A DNA stretch of 64,000 bases, from NCBI RefSeq assembly GCF_902459465.1, contig NC_047066.1, positions 18,476,001 through 18,540,000 on the forward strand. Direction: 5' to 3'. Below are positions 24,401-35,900 of this stretch, one piece after another. Below the pieces are notes generated by a model. That model was not told where the DNA came from, did no database searches, and saw only the letters and a list, made by a program, of their open reading frames with translations. The translations under genes and the position numbers were made by a program. The stretch's first letter is position 1, and the number at the start of each line of letters is the position of its first letter. The DNA comes from Asterias rubens (lineage: Eukaryota).

Positions 24401-27014
24401 CATATGGTTAAATAGATGTTTTAAAAGTAGAATACAATGATCCACACACATTTGCCTCGAAATTGCTTTGTTTTCCTTTTACTTTGCGAACTAACACGGT
24501 CGGCCATTTATGGGAGTAAAAATTTGACTCCCATAAATGGCCGACCGTGTTTGTCGACGAGGTAAAAGAAAAACCACGCAATTTCGAGTGATACTTGTGT
24601 GGATCATTATATTCTAATCATATGCATTTTATAACAAACGGTTACAAACGCTTTTTAAAGACCAACTCGACCGATCCAAGGCAACGTGTTCCTTTAAGTG
24701 TCTTGTAAGGACACAAGTGTCACGACTGTGACTCAAACCCGCATCTGCTGAACAGAAACACCAGAGCTTGTGTCCCGTGCTCTTATTTGCTCGGCCACGA
24801 CACGCCATATTTATGGGGTGTCGTGGTCGTGTGGATAAGAGCACCGAACTCAAGCTCTGGTGTTTCTGCTCAGCAGAGTGTGGGTTCGAATCCCAGTCGT
24901 GACACTTGTGTCCCTGAGCAAGACACTTTACTATAATTGTTTCTCTCCACCCAGGGGTAAATATCGACTAGTCACCTGAAATAAACCATGTTATATTTGT
25001 TTTACTATACTTTATATGGATTCAGTTACCGAAACGTGATTTGAAGCAAGGGAAAATGAAAACTGTGAAATAAAATGCACATGATAGTTTGTTTATGTGT
25101 TGGATGTCGCTGGAGAGAGTGATGTTCGTGCGTGTGTACAAAACAGTACCACGATCATAAAGCACATGACAAGTAGACTATCGCCCGGGCTGACCGGTCG
25201 TACAATGGTAAATTCACGTGACAAGTAGACTAGCGTAGGGCTGCCTGGGTGCTATTCTACTTGTCATGCGCATTTACATGTACCATGTGCGTGATTGCTA
25301 GCATGCACGCTTGGTAAACGAAACACCAACACTCTCCAGACATTCAAGAGTAAACTAAAGACACATCTATTCTCTTCTCGCTCATAAACTTACTTTTTCG
25401 TAGCTCTCTTACCAGCGCATTGTATCTTGTAAAATGTGCTTTATATGTCTTGTTTCTTCTTATTATTATTATTATAAATAGCAAAAAAGCACCTGGCACG
25501 TGATAATGAAAGGACCAGTAAGAATTTGACTCTCGGTCATGAATATGTACAATGTACATGTATGAGGTATAGTATTACAATTTTACTATTAATGCACATT
25601 TGGGCATAATGTATTTTGTATTATTTATTACCTTTACAGATCACAGAGGAGATCTACCCAGAGGTTTTGACTGGGTTGATATAGTCAAGGTGAGTTGCCT
25701 ATAATTTTATGCAAATTTCTCACTGGGCAAAATCTTTACTGTAAAATAGATTAAAGCAATTAAAGTTTTGTTTGTACTATCAGACAATGGGTGCGTTCGA
25801 TTAGCTTCCACGGGTCAACCCCGGTAAGACGTACGAATAGCTTTTGTGTAATTTTAGGGGCTCACCCGGGTCATCCCCAAGTGCCCTGCTTGTGGAACAG
25901 GTCACTTGGGGCTGGCCCGAGGTGCATAACGTCATCACGAGAGGGTGAGTGATCATTCAATTCACTCTTGTCAGGGGCTCACCCGAGTGAGCACCGCGCG
26001 CGGTCGTCACAGGGAAGCCCAATCGAACGCACCTAGAGATACCAACCTTACCCTATTAGACTTTTAAATAGTAATATTGAAGTAAAAGTAGATGTTTAAT
26101 ATGCATTGGTGATAAAGAATATTTATTTTGGTTTTTACCCTTTACACTGATGTGCGTAGGCACTGTGCTTACACACAGTGTAAAGGGTACATCGGTGTTA
26201 AAGGAAGAGTACACGTTTGGTAATTGTAAAAGACCAGTCTTCTCATAAAATAACAAGCCTGTGAAAATTTGGGCTCAATTGGTCATCAAAGTTGCGAGAA
26301 AATGATGAAAGAAAAAAACACCCTTGTTGGACGAATTTGTGTGCTTTCAGATAAGAATAAAAGACTTCTAGCTAGAAATCTTTTATTATTTTAGTGAGAA
26401 ATTACCTTTTTTTCAAAAACTATGTTACTTCAGAGGGAGCCGTTTCCACAATGTTGTATACTATCAACATCTCTCCAATGCTCGTTACCGAGCCAGTTTT
26501 TAAGTTAATATTATTTTGTTTTGAGTAATTACTAAACGTGTACCTTTCCTTTAAGTGCTTACACACATTGGTGTAAGGGTACAAAACAAAATTAACATTG
26601 AAGTTGCCATTTATGCAATAATGTGATGATATTGTCCCTTACACATTGCATTTGTCTTCTTCTTCCAAACGAATTTGAACACCCTCTACAAACTCACTGC
26701 CATCTGCTTCATCGTCTCAGCATGTAAGTATTACACTTGATAAATTAATACACAAAACAAGATATTAAACATGAAATTATTGTATGCACTTTTTATGATC
26801 TCTTCGGCTATTCAAAGAGGTTTTGCTCTTAACACTTGCCTGGCACCTTAGTTAAGCGCAAGGCTTGTTGGTTATCAAACTAAGGGCTGACAATATTGCT
26901 GTCATAGTTTGAATTCTGTGTGAGCTCGAACGTGCCAACAATCTGGTTTCTTTTTAAATACAGCTCAGCAAGACAGGTTTCTCTAAGACACAGGAAGGTG
27001 AAAAGGAAAGCTGA
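18448..27014 (+). CDS. RWDD4: RWD domain-containing protein 4, about 187 aa, multi-exon
   Basis: Exons, all GT-AG and frame-consistent: 18448-18471, 19158-19235, 20453-20562, 21275-21320, 22553-22660, 24051-24144, 25640-25689, candidate microexon 26721-26723, 26964-27014. Translation includes EVLLSIYDGDECF, LEIKWGDNYP, LGCAMTYTLFEWAKEN, KEKKEQLTKAQKRK, DHRGDLPRGFDWVDIVK(H)LSKTG, matching RWDD4 as I recall it. Confidence 0.92.
19803..20005 (-). mobile_element. 3' remnant of a non-LTR retrotransposon ORF2
   Basis: The frame reads TRGHSSRF...VYTNSFLPRTIRDWNNL, a typical C-terminal motif (SFFPRTIRxWNxL) of CR1/L2-like and related LINE ORF2 proteins. It is truncated at a family A TTAA boundary. 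Confidence 0.6.
20055..20391. mobile_element. TTAA-flanked element with asymmetric ends (family F)
   Basis: TTAA|AGGACATTACAGAA...TTCTTACCGTTCCT|TTAA. The right part is the reverse complement of the family C arm. Confidence 0.6.
21828..22055. mobile_element. PIF/Harbinger-like MITE (GGCCC termini, CWG TSD)
   Basis: CAG|GGCCCTATTTTATGGCTCTGCTTACCG...GCAGAGCCATGAAATTGGGCC|CAG. Related copies at about 61958-62213, 57410-57572 and 7990-8415. Confidence 0.7.
22860..22965 (-). mobile_element. tRNA-derived SINE head (second family)
   Basis: The minus strand reads GGATCAGGTTGGCTAAGTGG (A box)...GGTTCAAATCCC (B box)...TGAATGTGGATGTGG. Confidence 0.5.
22975..23479. mobile_element. Dispersed 500-bp repeat with an internal AACCAGGCCTCG hairpin
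   Basis: A near-identical reverse-orientation copy lies at about 31201-31690 (SHPK intron 1) and a partial copy at 14955-15100. One end reads AAGGGAATCAATGTGTGG. Confidence 0.7.
24152..24806 (-). mobile_element. tRNA-derived SINE interrupted by a family B MITE (24332-24693)
   Basis: Head GGCGTGTCGTGGCCGAGC (A box) with a degenerate B box GGGTTTGAGTC. The body GACACTTGTGTCC...GACACTTAA resumes as CCATTATGACTGCTTC...AAGAACCCAGTGCAC on the far side of the MITE. Confidence 0.65.
24815..24962 (+). mobile_element. tRNA-derived SINE, 5' part
   Basis: GGGGTGTCGTGGTCGTGTGG (A box) and GGGTTCGAATCCC (B box), followed by GACACTTGTGTCCCTGAGCAAGACACTT...CTCTCCACCCAGG. No complete cloverleaf. Confidence 0.7.
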
Positions 27015-29538
27015 CTTCTGTCTTGAAGGTATACCATTGTTATAGATCTTATACACGGCACTACTGGAATATGGCACTCCCTGATAGAAGGTTGCTTATC
27101 GGCCCACCACGTGCATTGTGCTGACATGGCTCTACGCGTCCACTGTGTCATCATTATTTTACGTCTGGATGATGGCAGGTTGATGTCTTAAGGTCATCAG
27201 TGCTACAGTGATTTCCCTCAAAGGCATTGCACACGTTTGGTAATTACTCAAAATATATAATTAGCATGAATTGTTTTTGGAAACTATATTTAGCATCGGA
27301 GAGCTGTTGATAGTAATAAACGTTGTGAGAAACGGCTCCCTCTGAAGTAAAGTAGTTTTTGAGAAATAGGTAATTTCTCACTCAAATATTTGAATCTGAG
27401 AAACACGTCAGGCCTGAAGCCTTTCTCAGGCATCTGAAAGCACACACATTAATTGTGCAGCAATGGTGTTTTTTCTTTCAAATCTTGCAAGTTTTATGAC
27501 TAATTGTGTCCAAAGTTTCACAAATTTGTTAGTTTATGCAGATGTTGGGATACACCAAGTGAGACTACTGGTCTTTGACAATTACCAAACGTGTTCAGTG
27601 CCTTTAAATCGACTCTGTATTTGAAAGCAGAGAACAAGTATGATGCGTCCTGAGAAATATTCCCAATTCAGGTGCTGTAGTTTGTAGGAAAAAAAGAAAT
27701 CCATCAATTTGGTTTGTTTAACCATTGTTTTAAAAATAAGTTACCCCTCGCACAAAGCCGAACACATCTTTGCATTTTGTGCATCTACCATAGCTGCCAT
27801 TTTAGGAGTTGGGTCTTTGTGTATATTTTGACTCCCAAAATGGCAGACAGTTAAGGCGCTTGGTGTTGGTGGTTTATAGTGCCCTCGATCTTTTGTCAGA
27901 ATTTATCCATTTCGCCTAAAATTGATTTGGCCCAAAACTAACATAACGCCCATGGATCCCATGACTTAATCTTGTCAACAAAAAGTCACGAATTTTAAAT
28001 AAAATATTTACAATCTCCTATTAAAGGTAGGGTACAGTTTGGGTAAATGTCAAACACCAGTATCACCGCTTGGCGTATCGCAACATGCATAAAATGACAA
28101 TAAGTCCCTGTGACAATATTGAAAGAAAAACCACCCTCTTTGCATAGAATGGTGAGCTTTCAGATGCCTGATAAAGACTTCATGCCTGAAGTCTTTCCCA
28201 GATTTGTTTGTAAAACTACATTACTTCAAAGTGCTTGTTACCAAGTAAGGTTTTTTATGGTCATTATTTTTTGGAGTAATTACCAAAAGTGTACCCTTCC
28301 TTTGATGAACTACGAACCAATAAATTGGTTAGAAAACATATCAGACTCTAAACATGCATCACTGAAAGAATTCTACAATGCGAGACAGTTTCAGTTGTGC
28401 CAATATTTCATCCATTTAATAGTTAAGACCTTCATAAAAGACGAAGGCAAATGAATTTTTCTGTCATGTTCTCTGTTTATGATACTGTTCCGCTTGTTGA
28501 ACATGATGTCTATTTTGTGGGAGATGAAATAAAATATACAATTTTAACATGACTTGAGTAAGAGTTGTCAAAATTGTTGTCTAGTAAGGTTTAGTCTATG
28601 AGCCACAGCAGGCACTGTTGGTGGTAACTCGGCTAAGAAAATCTCAGTTGAGTAGCTACTACATGTAAAGTAATGGAGAGACCACACTGGGTCTCAGAAC
28701 TAACACTTCTCCCAAAAGAGTTTTATAAATGGTTGTATTAAATGTACCTAGCCCTGGCGGCCTTACACTTGCGTATTATACTACAGTGACGTCCTGGATA
28801 TCAGGGTCCATTTCTGGGGCGGAAACATTTCAAAGCTTCATAACTCAAATCTTACCTGCAAGAAACCACTAATTTCACCAGATTCACATTCCATGGCAGC
28901 ATAAATTAGTTCACGAAAATGACAGATTTGTGAAGAATATATGACGACCAAAACCCCCCGCAGAAGAATGTATGCCGCCATAGAATGTGAATCTGTTGAA
29001 ATTAGTGGCTTGTTGCAGGTAAGATTTAGGTTATGAAGCTTTGAAAATTTTCCGCCCCAGAAACGGGCCTTAATAGTTAGGACTCTGTATCTGTGTACAG
29101 AGAAAGAGTCCTGTATAGGGCTATAATGTACCCACAAGTTTACTCCTATAGTTTTTCCACACAATGCAAAGTTTCAAACACCACTTAATATGTAGTATGC
29201 AGGAATTGCAACTCATTGTTCTTTCATAGGGCATAGTAGTAGCCAGAGGGGTGTCTGGGTGTCTTTTGGACACCCCGTTGTAAATGTGGACAGCCTGTTT
29301 TATCTAAACTTTCAGCAGATTTTGACACCTTTTCCCAAATCCTCCCGGCTAAAACCTTGTCATCAGATCAGGCTCTGAACCAACAAGTAATGAAAATTTG
29401 ATGTTTTATTTGTTGACATGTTTATTTATTGACAGAATGTCTCAGGGAATCAATATAATTCATCAGTTTATACTTTTTTTTATTCTAACTGCAAATGTAC
29501 TGTACATGGACCTTTTCTACTATTTACAAACCTATCTG

Positions 29539-29697
29539 TTATATTAGCATTGCCATAGCTGCACCTTGAGCAGCATCCCCACCCTGTCCATGTACAACAG
29601 GCATCTTAAAAACCCTCTCCAACTCCTGCATCAAGACTGGATTCCTCCGCATTGCACTTCCGCACCCAACTATCCTCCCTACCCCTCTACCAATCAA
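29539..29697 (-). repeat. Tandem duplicate of the last 159 bp of the SHPK CDS
   Basis: Aligns to 29726-29884 at an offset of 187 bp, with 6 substitutions by my count and no indels. Confidence 0.9.
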
Positions 29698-29725
29698 TTC
29701 CCTATTGTTCACAGGAGCTGCTTTG

Positions 29726-32368
29726 TTACATTAGCATTGCCATAGCTGCACCCTGAGCAGCATCCCCACCCTGTCCATGTACAACAGGCATCTTAAAAAC
29801 CCTCTCCAACTCCTGCATCAAGACTGAATTCCTCCGCAATGCACTCCCGCACCCAACTATCCTCCCTACCCCTCTATCAATCAAATCATCTCTCGACATC
29901 ATGCTATGGAGGTTTGTAATAATCCCACAACACAAGGCTCGTGAGATATCACCGACCCTCATATTCCCAGGCGCCAGATTCTCAACACTAGCTCTCTGAG
30001 ATGGTGCGTGTCTCTCACCATAAAGTGTCGGGCGAATCAGAATGCTTGTATCTTTCACTTCCAGACCCTTCTCGATAAATTTCTTGTAAGCATCCTCTTT
30101 TGAGATGCTGAGACCAAAGTCTTCGGCTAGTTGACATAAAGATGAGACACAGTCTGCGATGACATTGCCTCCTGTCAGGGCTGCTGCGACTGCAAGGTAT
30201 TGGCCTTTAAAGAAGGGGAAGTATTCGATGGTAGAGCTAGGAGTTGACTTCGGTGGATCAAAGCCTGCTGGGGTACTGGTCACAAGCTGTGCAGATGTAC
30301 CGATATTCACAACTAAAAGAGAGAAGAGTGATCATTGCGTATGCAAATACAGTGTATCAAATGATGTTTGGGCAACTGTGGATAGCCACCTTTCCATTTT
30401 AAACTCCGTTTCCACAAACTCAATTTTACACCGATTTATACTAAACTGCAATCAAGCCCAAGGGTCAAAAGTAATAAGAAATACAAGCAACTGTTTGGAA
30501 AATAACCTTCACATCTTATCTGTACTGACCAATAGTGCAGATGTAACATGAGTTTTGCTGATTTTGCAACAAAGAAAATAAGTAGAAAAACTCTTACATT
30601 GATCGCTTCCTTTTAGATTATTGTAAAAGATGTTTTGTCTGTTTGTATGGAAAATGAATGAGTGTAATGACTCTGGTAGGTCGAGGGAGGATTTGTGTTG
30701 GTTTAAGGGAAGTACTTTTCAGATATAAATAATGTGTACCTGCATCTGATGGCGATTGTAACAATGGCAATACAGAGCAAGGCAAGTCTCCCATAGCAAC
30801 TCCAACCTTACAGCCTGCTGGAATACTGTGCCATGGTGACCCGAGTTGACCCACAATGACCCCTGGGTCAACGACCTCTGGTAACAGATGAACTGGGAAC
30901 CCTGCAGCTGTCAGGCTGTAGATTTCAAAATGAAAAACCAAAGGATTATGTCTGCCACATAAGTTCTATTCAAAGTGTTTTGGTGACTGCTTTGATATAC
31001 TACTACTAGTACTAGGCTATCCCGCCTTGTTGGGCTGTTTTTTATGGCTGTCTTTAAAAAAGAAAAACAAAATCATTTAGACAGCTCTGATGGGATTTGC
31101 GTTTTAAAAAAAAACGGTTTGTTTTCCGTGTTTGATTCACATTAATACATCGTTACAAATTTATGACTTCACAAAATGTTAGAATGCTAGAGTTTACGTT
31201 AATAAGGGAATCAATGTGTGGTAAAGAGGTTTTCAACTAGTGATTTAAACCCGCGCTGAGGCCAGGACTTGATCATTTTACCGAGACAAAGTCGAGGTAA
31301 ACTATCAAGAACCAGGCCTCGGCGGGTCTGAACAACTAGTTGAAAACTAAATCAACACACTTTGATTCACATTCATAAATACCTTTTCGGTCAAAAAACA
31401 TCAACACTTTTCAACACAACACCCCTCCAGCTATGAAATGGTAAGGCCCTCGGGTAAACAACTCCTTATAAGGAGATGCTGTGCGCATCGCGTATTGCGT
31501 AATGTTGCACAACTGTTTCAACCGTTGCTCTCGACCAATAGGAATGAAGAAAATTTCTTAAAAGCACAGGTGCAAGCGCGCGTGTCACGCCCATGTTTTA
31601 ACACTTTTTACTGGTGTTGTATCTTTCGTTCAAACAACCCCTTGTGATGCCCTCTCAACCAATCAGAATGGATAAACTGTCTTAGGTATTTATGAATGCA
31701 GTATATTTACAGTTCCCTTACATTTCCTTATTCCATGACTTTTCGGACACATTGAAATACCCCCAGCTAGCAGCATTCTGTATCCCCATAACAGGTTTAT
31801 CCAAGCCACACAGCCTAGCAACCAAGAGATCCATAATAGTTCCCGCATGTGTGAATTTCTCCAAGTACTCCGGGTTGTTTCGCTGAAACCAAAACAACGT
31901 CACGCAGCCATGACCCGTAGCGAGTCTTAGATGGGTGTCCGGAGTGGGGAGGCTTGCAATGAAATCCTCAGTACATCTCAAATCTTCCCATGTAACAAGT
32001 GGACTTGTTGTAATCAAATCATCATTGAACCCTTTGATTGTACTCGCTCCTGCCAATTCCAGTTGGTCAACCACGGCATGTGATGACCAGCAGACACAGC
32101 CGTGCATCTGACCCGTGATGCCGACGCGTTTCACCCGGGAGAGTTTCTCTGAGTCGAGCCTACTCAAACAAGTCTCGCAAGTTTCCATGATTTTACTAGT
32201 TAGTTGTTCAGCTGCTCCAGGTGGCTGTGATGAACAAACGAACTTTGAATGCGTGTCACACGATGCACTTTGAATGGTTTCTTTACCGTCGTACAGAGAA
32301 ACTTTCACAGACGTTGTGCCCAAATCTATGCCCAACACAAGCCCCGTTTCTTGTGTTTCTAGCTCCAT
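29726..32368 (-). CDS. SHPK: Sedoheptulokinase (FGGY carbohydrate kinase family), 3 exons
   Basis: Exons (-): 32368-31722, 30915-30740, 30312-29726, with compatible phases 2 and 1 and GT-AG sites. Motifs: LGIDLGTTSVK, GITGQMHG, TWEDLRC, LATGHGC, GTIMD, QNAASWGYF, MGDLPCSV, VNIGTSAQL, VAAALTGGN, PTLYGERH, GCGSAL, DAAQGAA. Confidence 0.93.
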
Positions 32369-32940
32369 AACGCCGTTAAAACTCAAAAATTGTCCTTGGT
32401 CCTTGTACTTGTTGAAGACAACTGTCGGTAGAACTTAGAAGAAGACGCAGGATCTATCGAGATTGTTGCAGAGAAAGAGTTGTAACTTATGACTTTGTTG
32501 TTGTCTTGACTGTACTGTGTTGTGGATAAACAGCGTAGATGGATGGTCATGTGACCCGTAAATGATCACCTGACTTGTGATCACCTGATAACGCGCAGCG
32601 CGGCCCATGTGCAGATTCGTACACGGGCCTGTTTTGGTGTGTGTTGAGTGTAATATAATAGTTCTCAATTGGGCTTATTATACTGAAATGGGCAAGTTGC
32701 TCAGCCAACGTTGTCGTATGTGCTGGTACCTGTTGATTTTGTCCACGGGTGATAAGAAACTGAAGTGTTGGAATGCTTCTGCAGGTCTGTAGTTATATTA
32801 GCTACAATTTCAACTTGTTTTTTTTCTTCAAGCAATCCAAGGGCGGGGGGTCGCAACAGAAGTTGAAACCATTTTGATCTCACTCTACCGATTCCACCAA
32901 CACGTGTTTTTGTTTGTAATTTCTTAATAACCGCTGCAAC
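32369..32940. promoter_or_regulatory. Bidirectional promoter region shared by SHPK and TMEM97
   Basis: The two divergent ATGs are 572 bp apart. The interval holds GGTCATGTGACC (32545-32556), two GATCACCTGA repeats (32564, 32579), a reverse CCAAT (32668-32672) and a GC box (32841-32850). Confidence 0.6.
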
Positions 32941-35900
32941 ATGGCCAAGGGTTTTACACGGTTTCTGGAATGGGTGGTGGTTGTCTACTTTGCCAGCCAC
33001 ATCCCAATTACAATCTTCATTGACTCGCAAGCCATTATGCCATCATGGTTCCACCCAAAAGTGGTAAGTACGAAGTGTTTTAATTTCAAATCCAAGAAAT
33101 GTAGTAGTAGTACGTAGTAGTATGAATGAAGGGCCTACATTAAATAATATACACATAATGAATGTTTATGATGAGTGCAATGGTGCGAATATGTTCATGA
33201 ATTGAAAGATGGAATGTTCTATTCAACGAGGCGGAGCCGAGTTGAATGGAACATTCCAGCTTTCAACGAATGAACATATTCGCACCATTGCACGAATGAA
33301 AAACATTCATTATTTGTTTTATATTAACATCCAAGTAGAACTTTGTCATTTTTATTGAAAGAAACAACTTTCAAAACAAACAATTTCAACTGTAGAAGCC
33401 GAATGCTAGTAATTTTACTATGCCTTCTTGCAGTAACACCTGCTGCGTTACCAAAGACACGCGAACGCAGTGATGTTTTTACTCAGCTTTTTCGATCCAT
33501 CCGAAAAGTACCATTGCACGCTGGCAGCGTGCCAGCGTGCAATGGTACTTTTCGGATGGAACGAAAAAGCACGGCGAGTGACTCAGCGTGCAATGGTACT
33601 TTTATTTGCTATCACGTGACGGACAATCCTCCAATCAAATGGCAAGGATCTGCTTGGGTGTTATATAATAAATTCCATTTTGTATATTTATTTGGATGTT
33701 GTTTGTTAAAGGCAGTGGACACTATTGGTAATAAATTGTCAAAGACTAGCCTTGACAGTTGGTGTATCTCAACATACATGTTTGCATCAAATAACAAACC
33801 TGTGAAAACTTGAGCTCAATCGGTCATCGAACTTGCAAAATAATAATGCAAGAAAAAAACACCCTTGCCTTGTGTCACACAAAGCTGTGTGCGTTTAGAT
33901 GGTTGATTTCGAGACCTCAAGTTCTAAATCTGAGGTCTCGAAATCAAATTCGTGGAAAATTACTTCATTTCAGAGGGAGCTGTTTTCTCATGATGTTTTA
34001 TACCATCAACCTCTCCCCATATTACTCATCACCAAGAAGGGTTTTACGCTAATAATTATTTTGAGTAATTACCAATAGTGTCCACTGCCTTTAATTGTGT
34101 GGATGTGGGCCACCTCCATGCACTGGCTAAATTTGATCAGCTTTATGGGTTTAATAAACACTACTTAGCCGGTAATGATTAGTTGTAGTATAGTGCCATT
34201 TTGTCAGTGCTGACAAGTAGGTACGTACGAATGTAGGAGGAATTGCAGGAATTTGTTACTGCTGCATAGCTCAGCAGTGCAAGCAGTGTGCATTCTAGTA
34301 CAGTAGAGTTTGAATTCCTGCTTAAACCCCAAAATATTATTTTAAAATTTAGTCAAACATTTTATTATGGTTAGTAATTACAATTTTTTCTATTTGTGGC
34401 TCCTGAAGTACATGTAGTCCACCTCAACAATTCTGGCTTGTCTGCTTTTGTCGCTTTTGTCAAAGTTATTAAGAGTAATGTAATTTGTAAAACCTATGGG
34501 ATGGGTATTGCCTTTTTGACATTTAGACAAGTGGTATTGGTCAAAGAATGGAGCTATTAAAGTAACTTTAAAGTATAAATTGAATGCATTCATGATTGTC
34601 ATTATCAAAATGCTATTCATATTTGTTTTCAATCATTTGTTTCCTAGCTTACAGATCTTGTGAGAGATTACAGTCTCGAAATGAAGGATGAAATGATGGC
34701 AGACCCCTCTGCCCATCCTTGGTTTATGTCATTCGTCTACGGTGAATGTCTCCTGCAGTTTCCATTCTTCTTTGTGGGTGCTTACGCCTTTTATATAGGT
34801 TTGTAATAACAATTACACCACTTACAACGTATTGTATTTGTTTTCATTTAAAGACAGGCGGACACTGTTGGTAATTGTCAAAGACCAGTCTCCTCACTTG
34901 GTGGTGCAGAGTGGACCCTTGCGCCACTCTACTCAGACCAATATCATACATGAAACAAGAATGGAACAGTGACACCAGATTAGAAATAATAAAGAAACTA
35001 CAATTTAATAGAAGTACCCAACAATAATTTAAGTTGGAATTAATTAAAGGAACAATTTTCCCACATACTGTTACACTTGGTGTATCTCAACATATGCATA
35101 AGAAAAACAAACCTGTGAAAGTTTGAGCTGAATTGGTGGTCGAAGTTGTGAGATAATATTTATGAAAGAAAAACACCCTTGTCACACGAAATTGTGTGCT
35201 TTTAGATGCTTGATTTCGAGACCTCAAAATCTAAATCTGAGGTCTCGAAACCAAGTTCATGACAAATACCTTCTTTCTCATTTAAAGGCAGTGGACACTA
35301 TTGGTAATTACTCAAAAAAATTATTAGCATAAAACCTTTCTTGGTAACGAGTAATGGGGAGAGGTTGATGGCATAAAACATTGTGAGAAACGGCTCCCTC
35401 TGAAGTGCCATAGTTTTCGAGAAAGAAGTAATTTTCCACGAATTTGATTTCAAGACCTCAGATTTAGAACTTGAGGTCTCGAAATCAACCATCTAAAACG
35501 CACACAACTTCGTGTTGCAAGGGTGTTTTTTTCTTTCATTATTATCTCGCAAGTTCGATGACCGATTGAGCTCAAATTTTCACAAGTTTGGTATTTTATG
35601 CATATGTTGGGATACACCAACTGTGAAGGCTTGTCTTTGGCAATTACCAATAGTGTCCACTGCCTTTAATCTATGCCAGGCGTTTTCTAAACACCATGCT
35701 GAATATACAAAAATGGAACACTGAAATGCTTTGAAATGCATTAAACAGATAGTAGATCATTCTGTTGCAATATGAAAAGAACTCCTCATAAATTTGTTTT
35801 TACCCTTTTTTTTTCTCAAGTTTTGTGAAAAAATCCACCGGAAAATCACTTGGGTGGGATTCAAACTTTTGCATTGCTAGACCACCAAGCTAGGTTGATA

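Noticed and set aside
24697-24962. Possible tRNA genes
   Set aside because: A and B boxes are present, but there is no complete cloverleaf or terminator and the sequence continues into SINE body.
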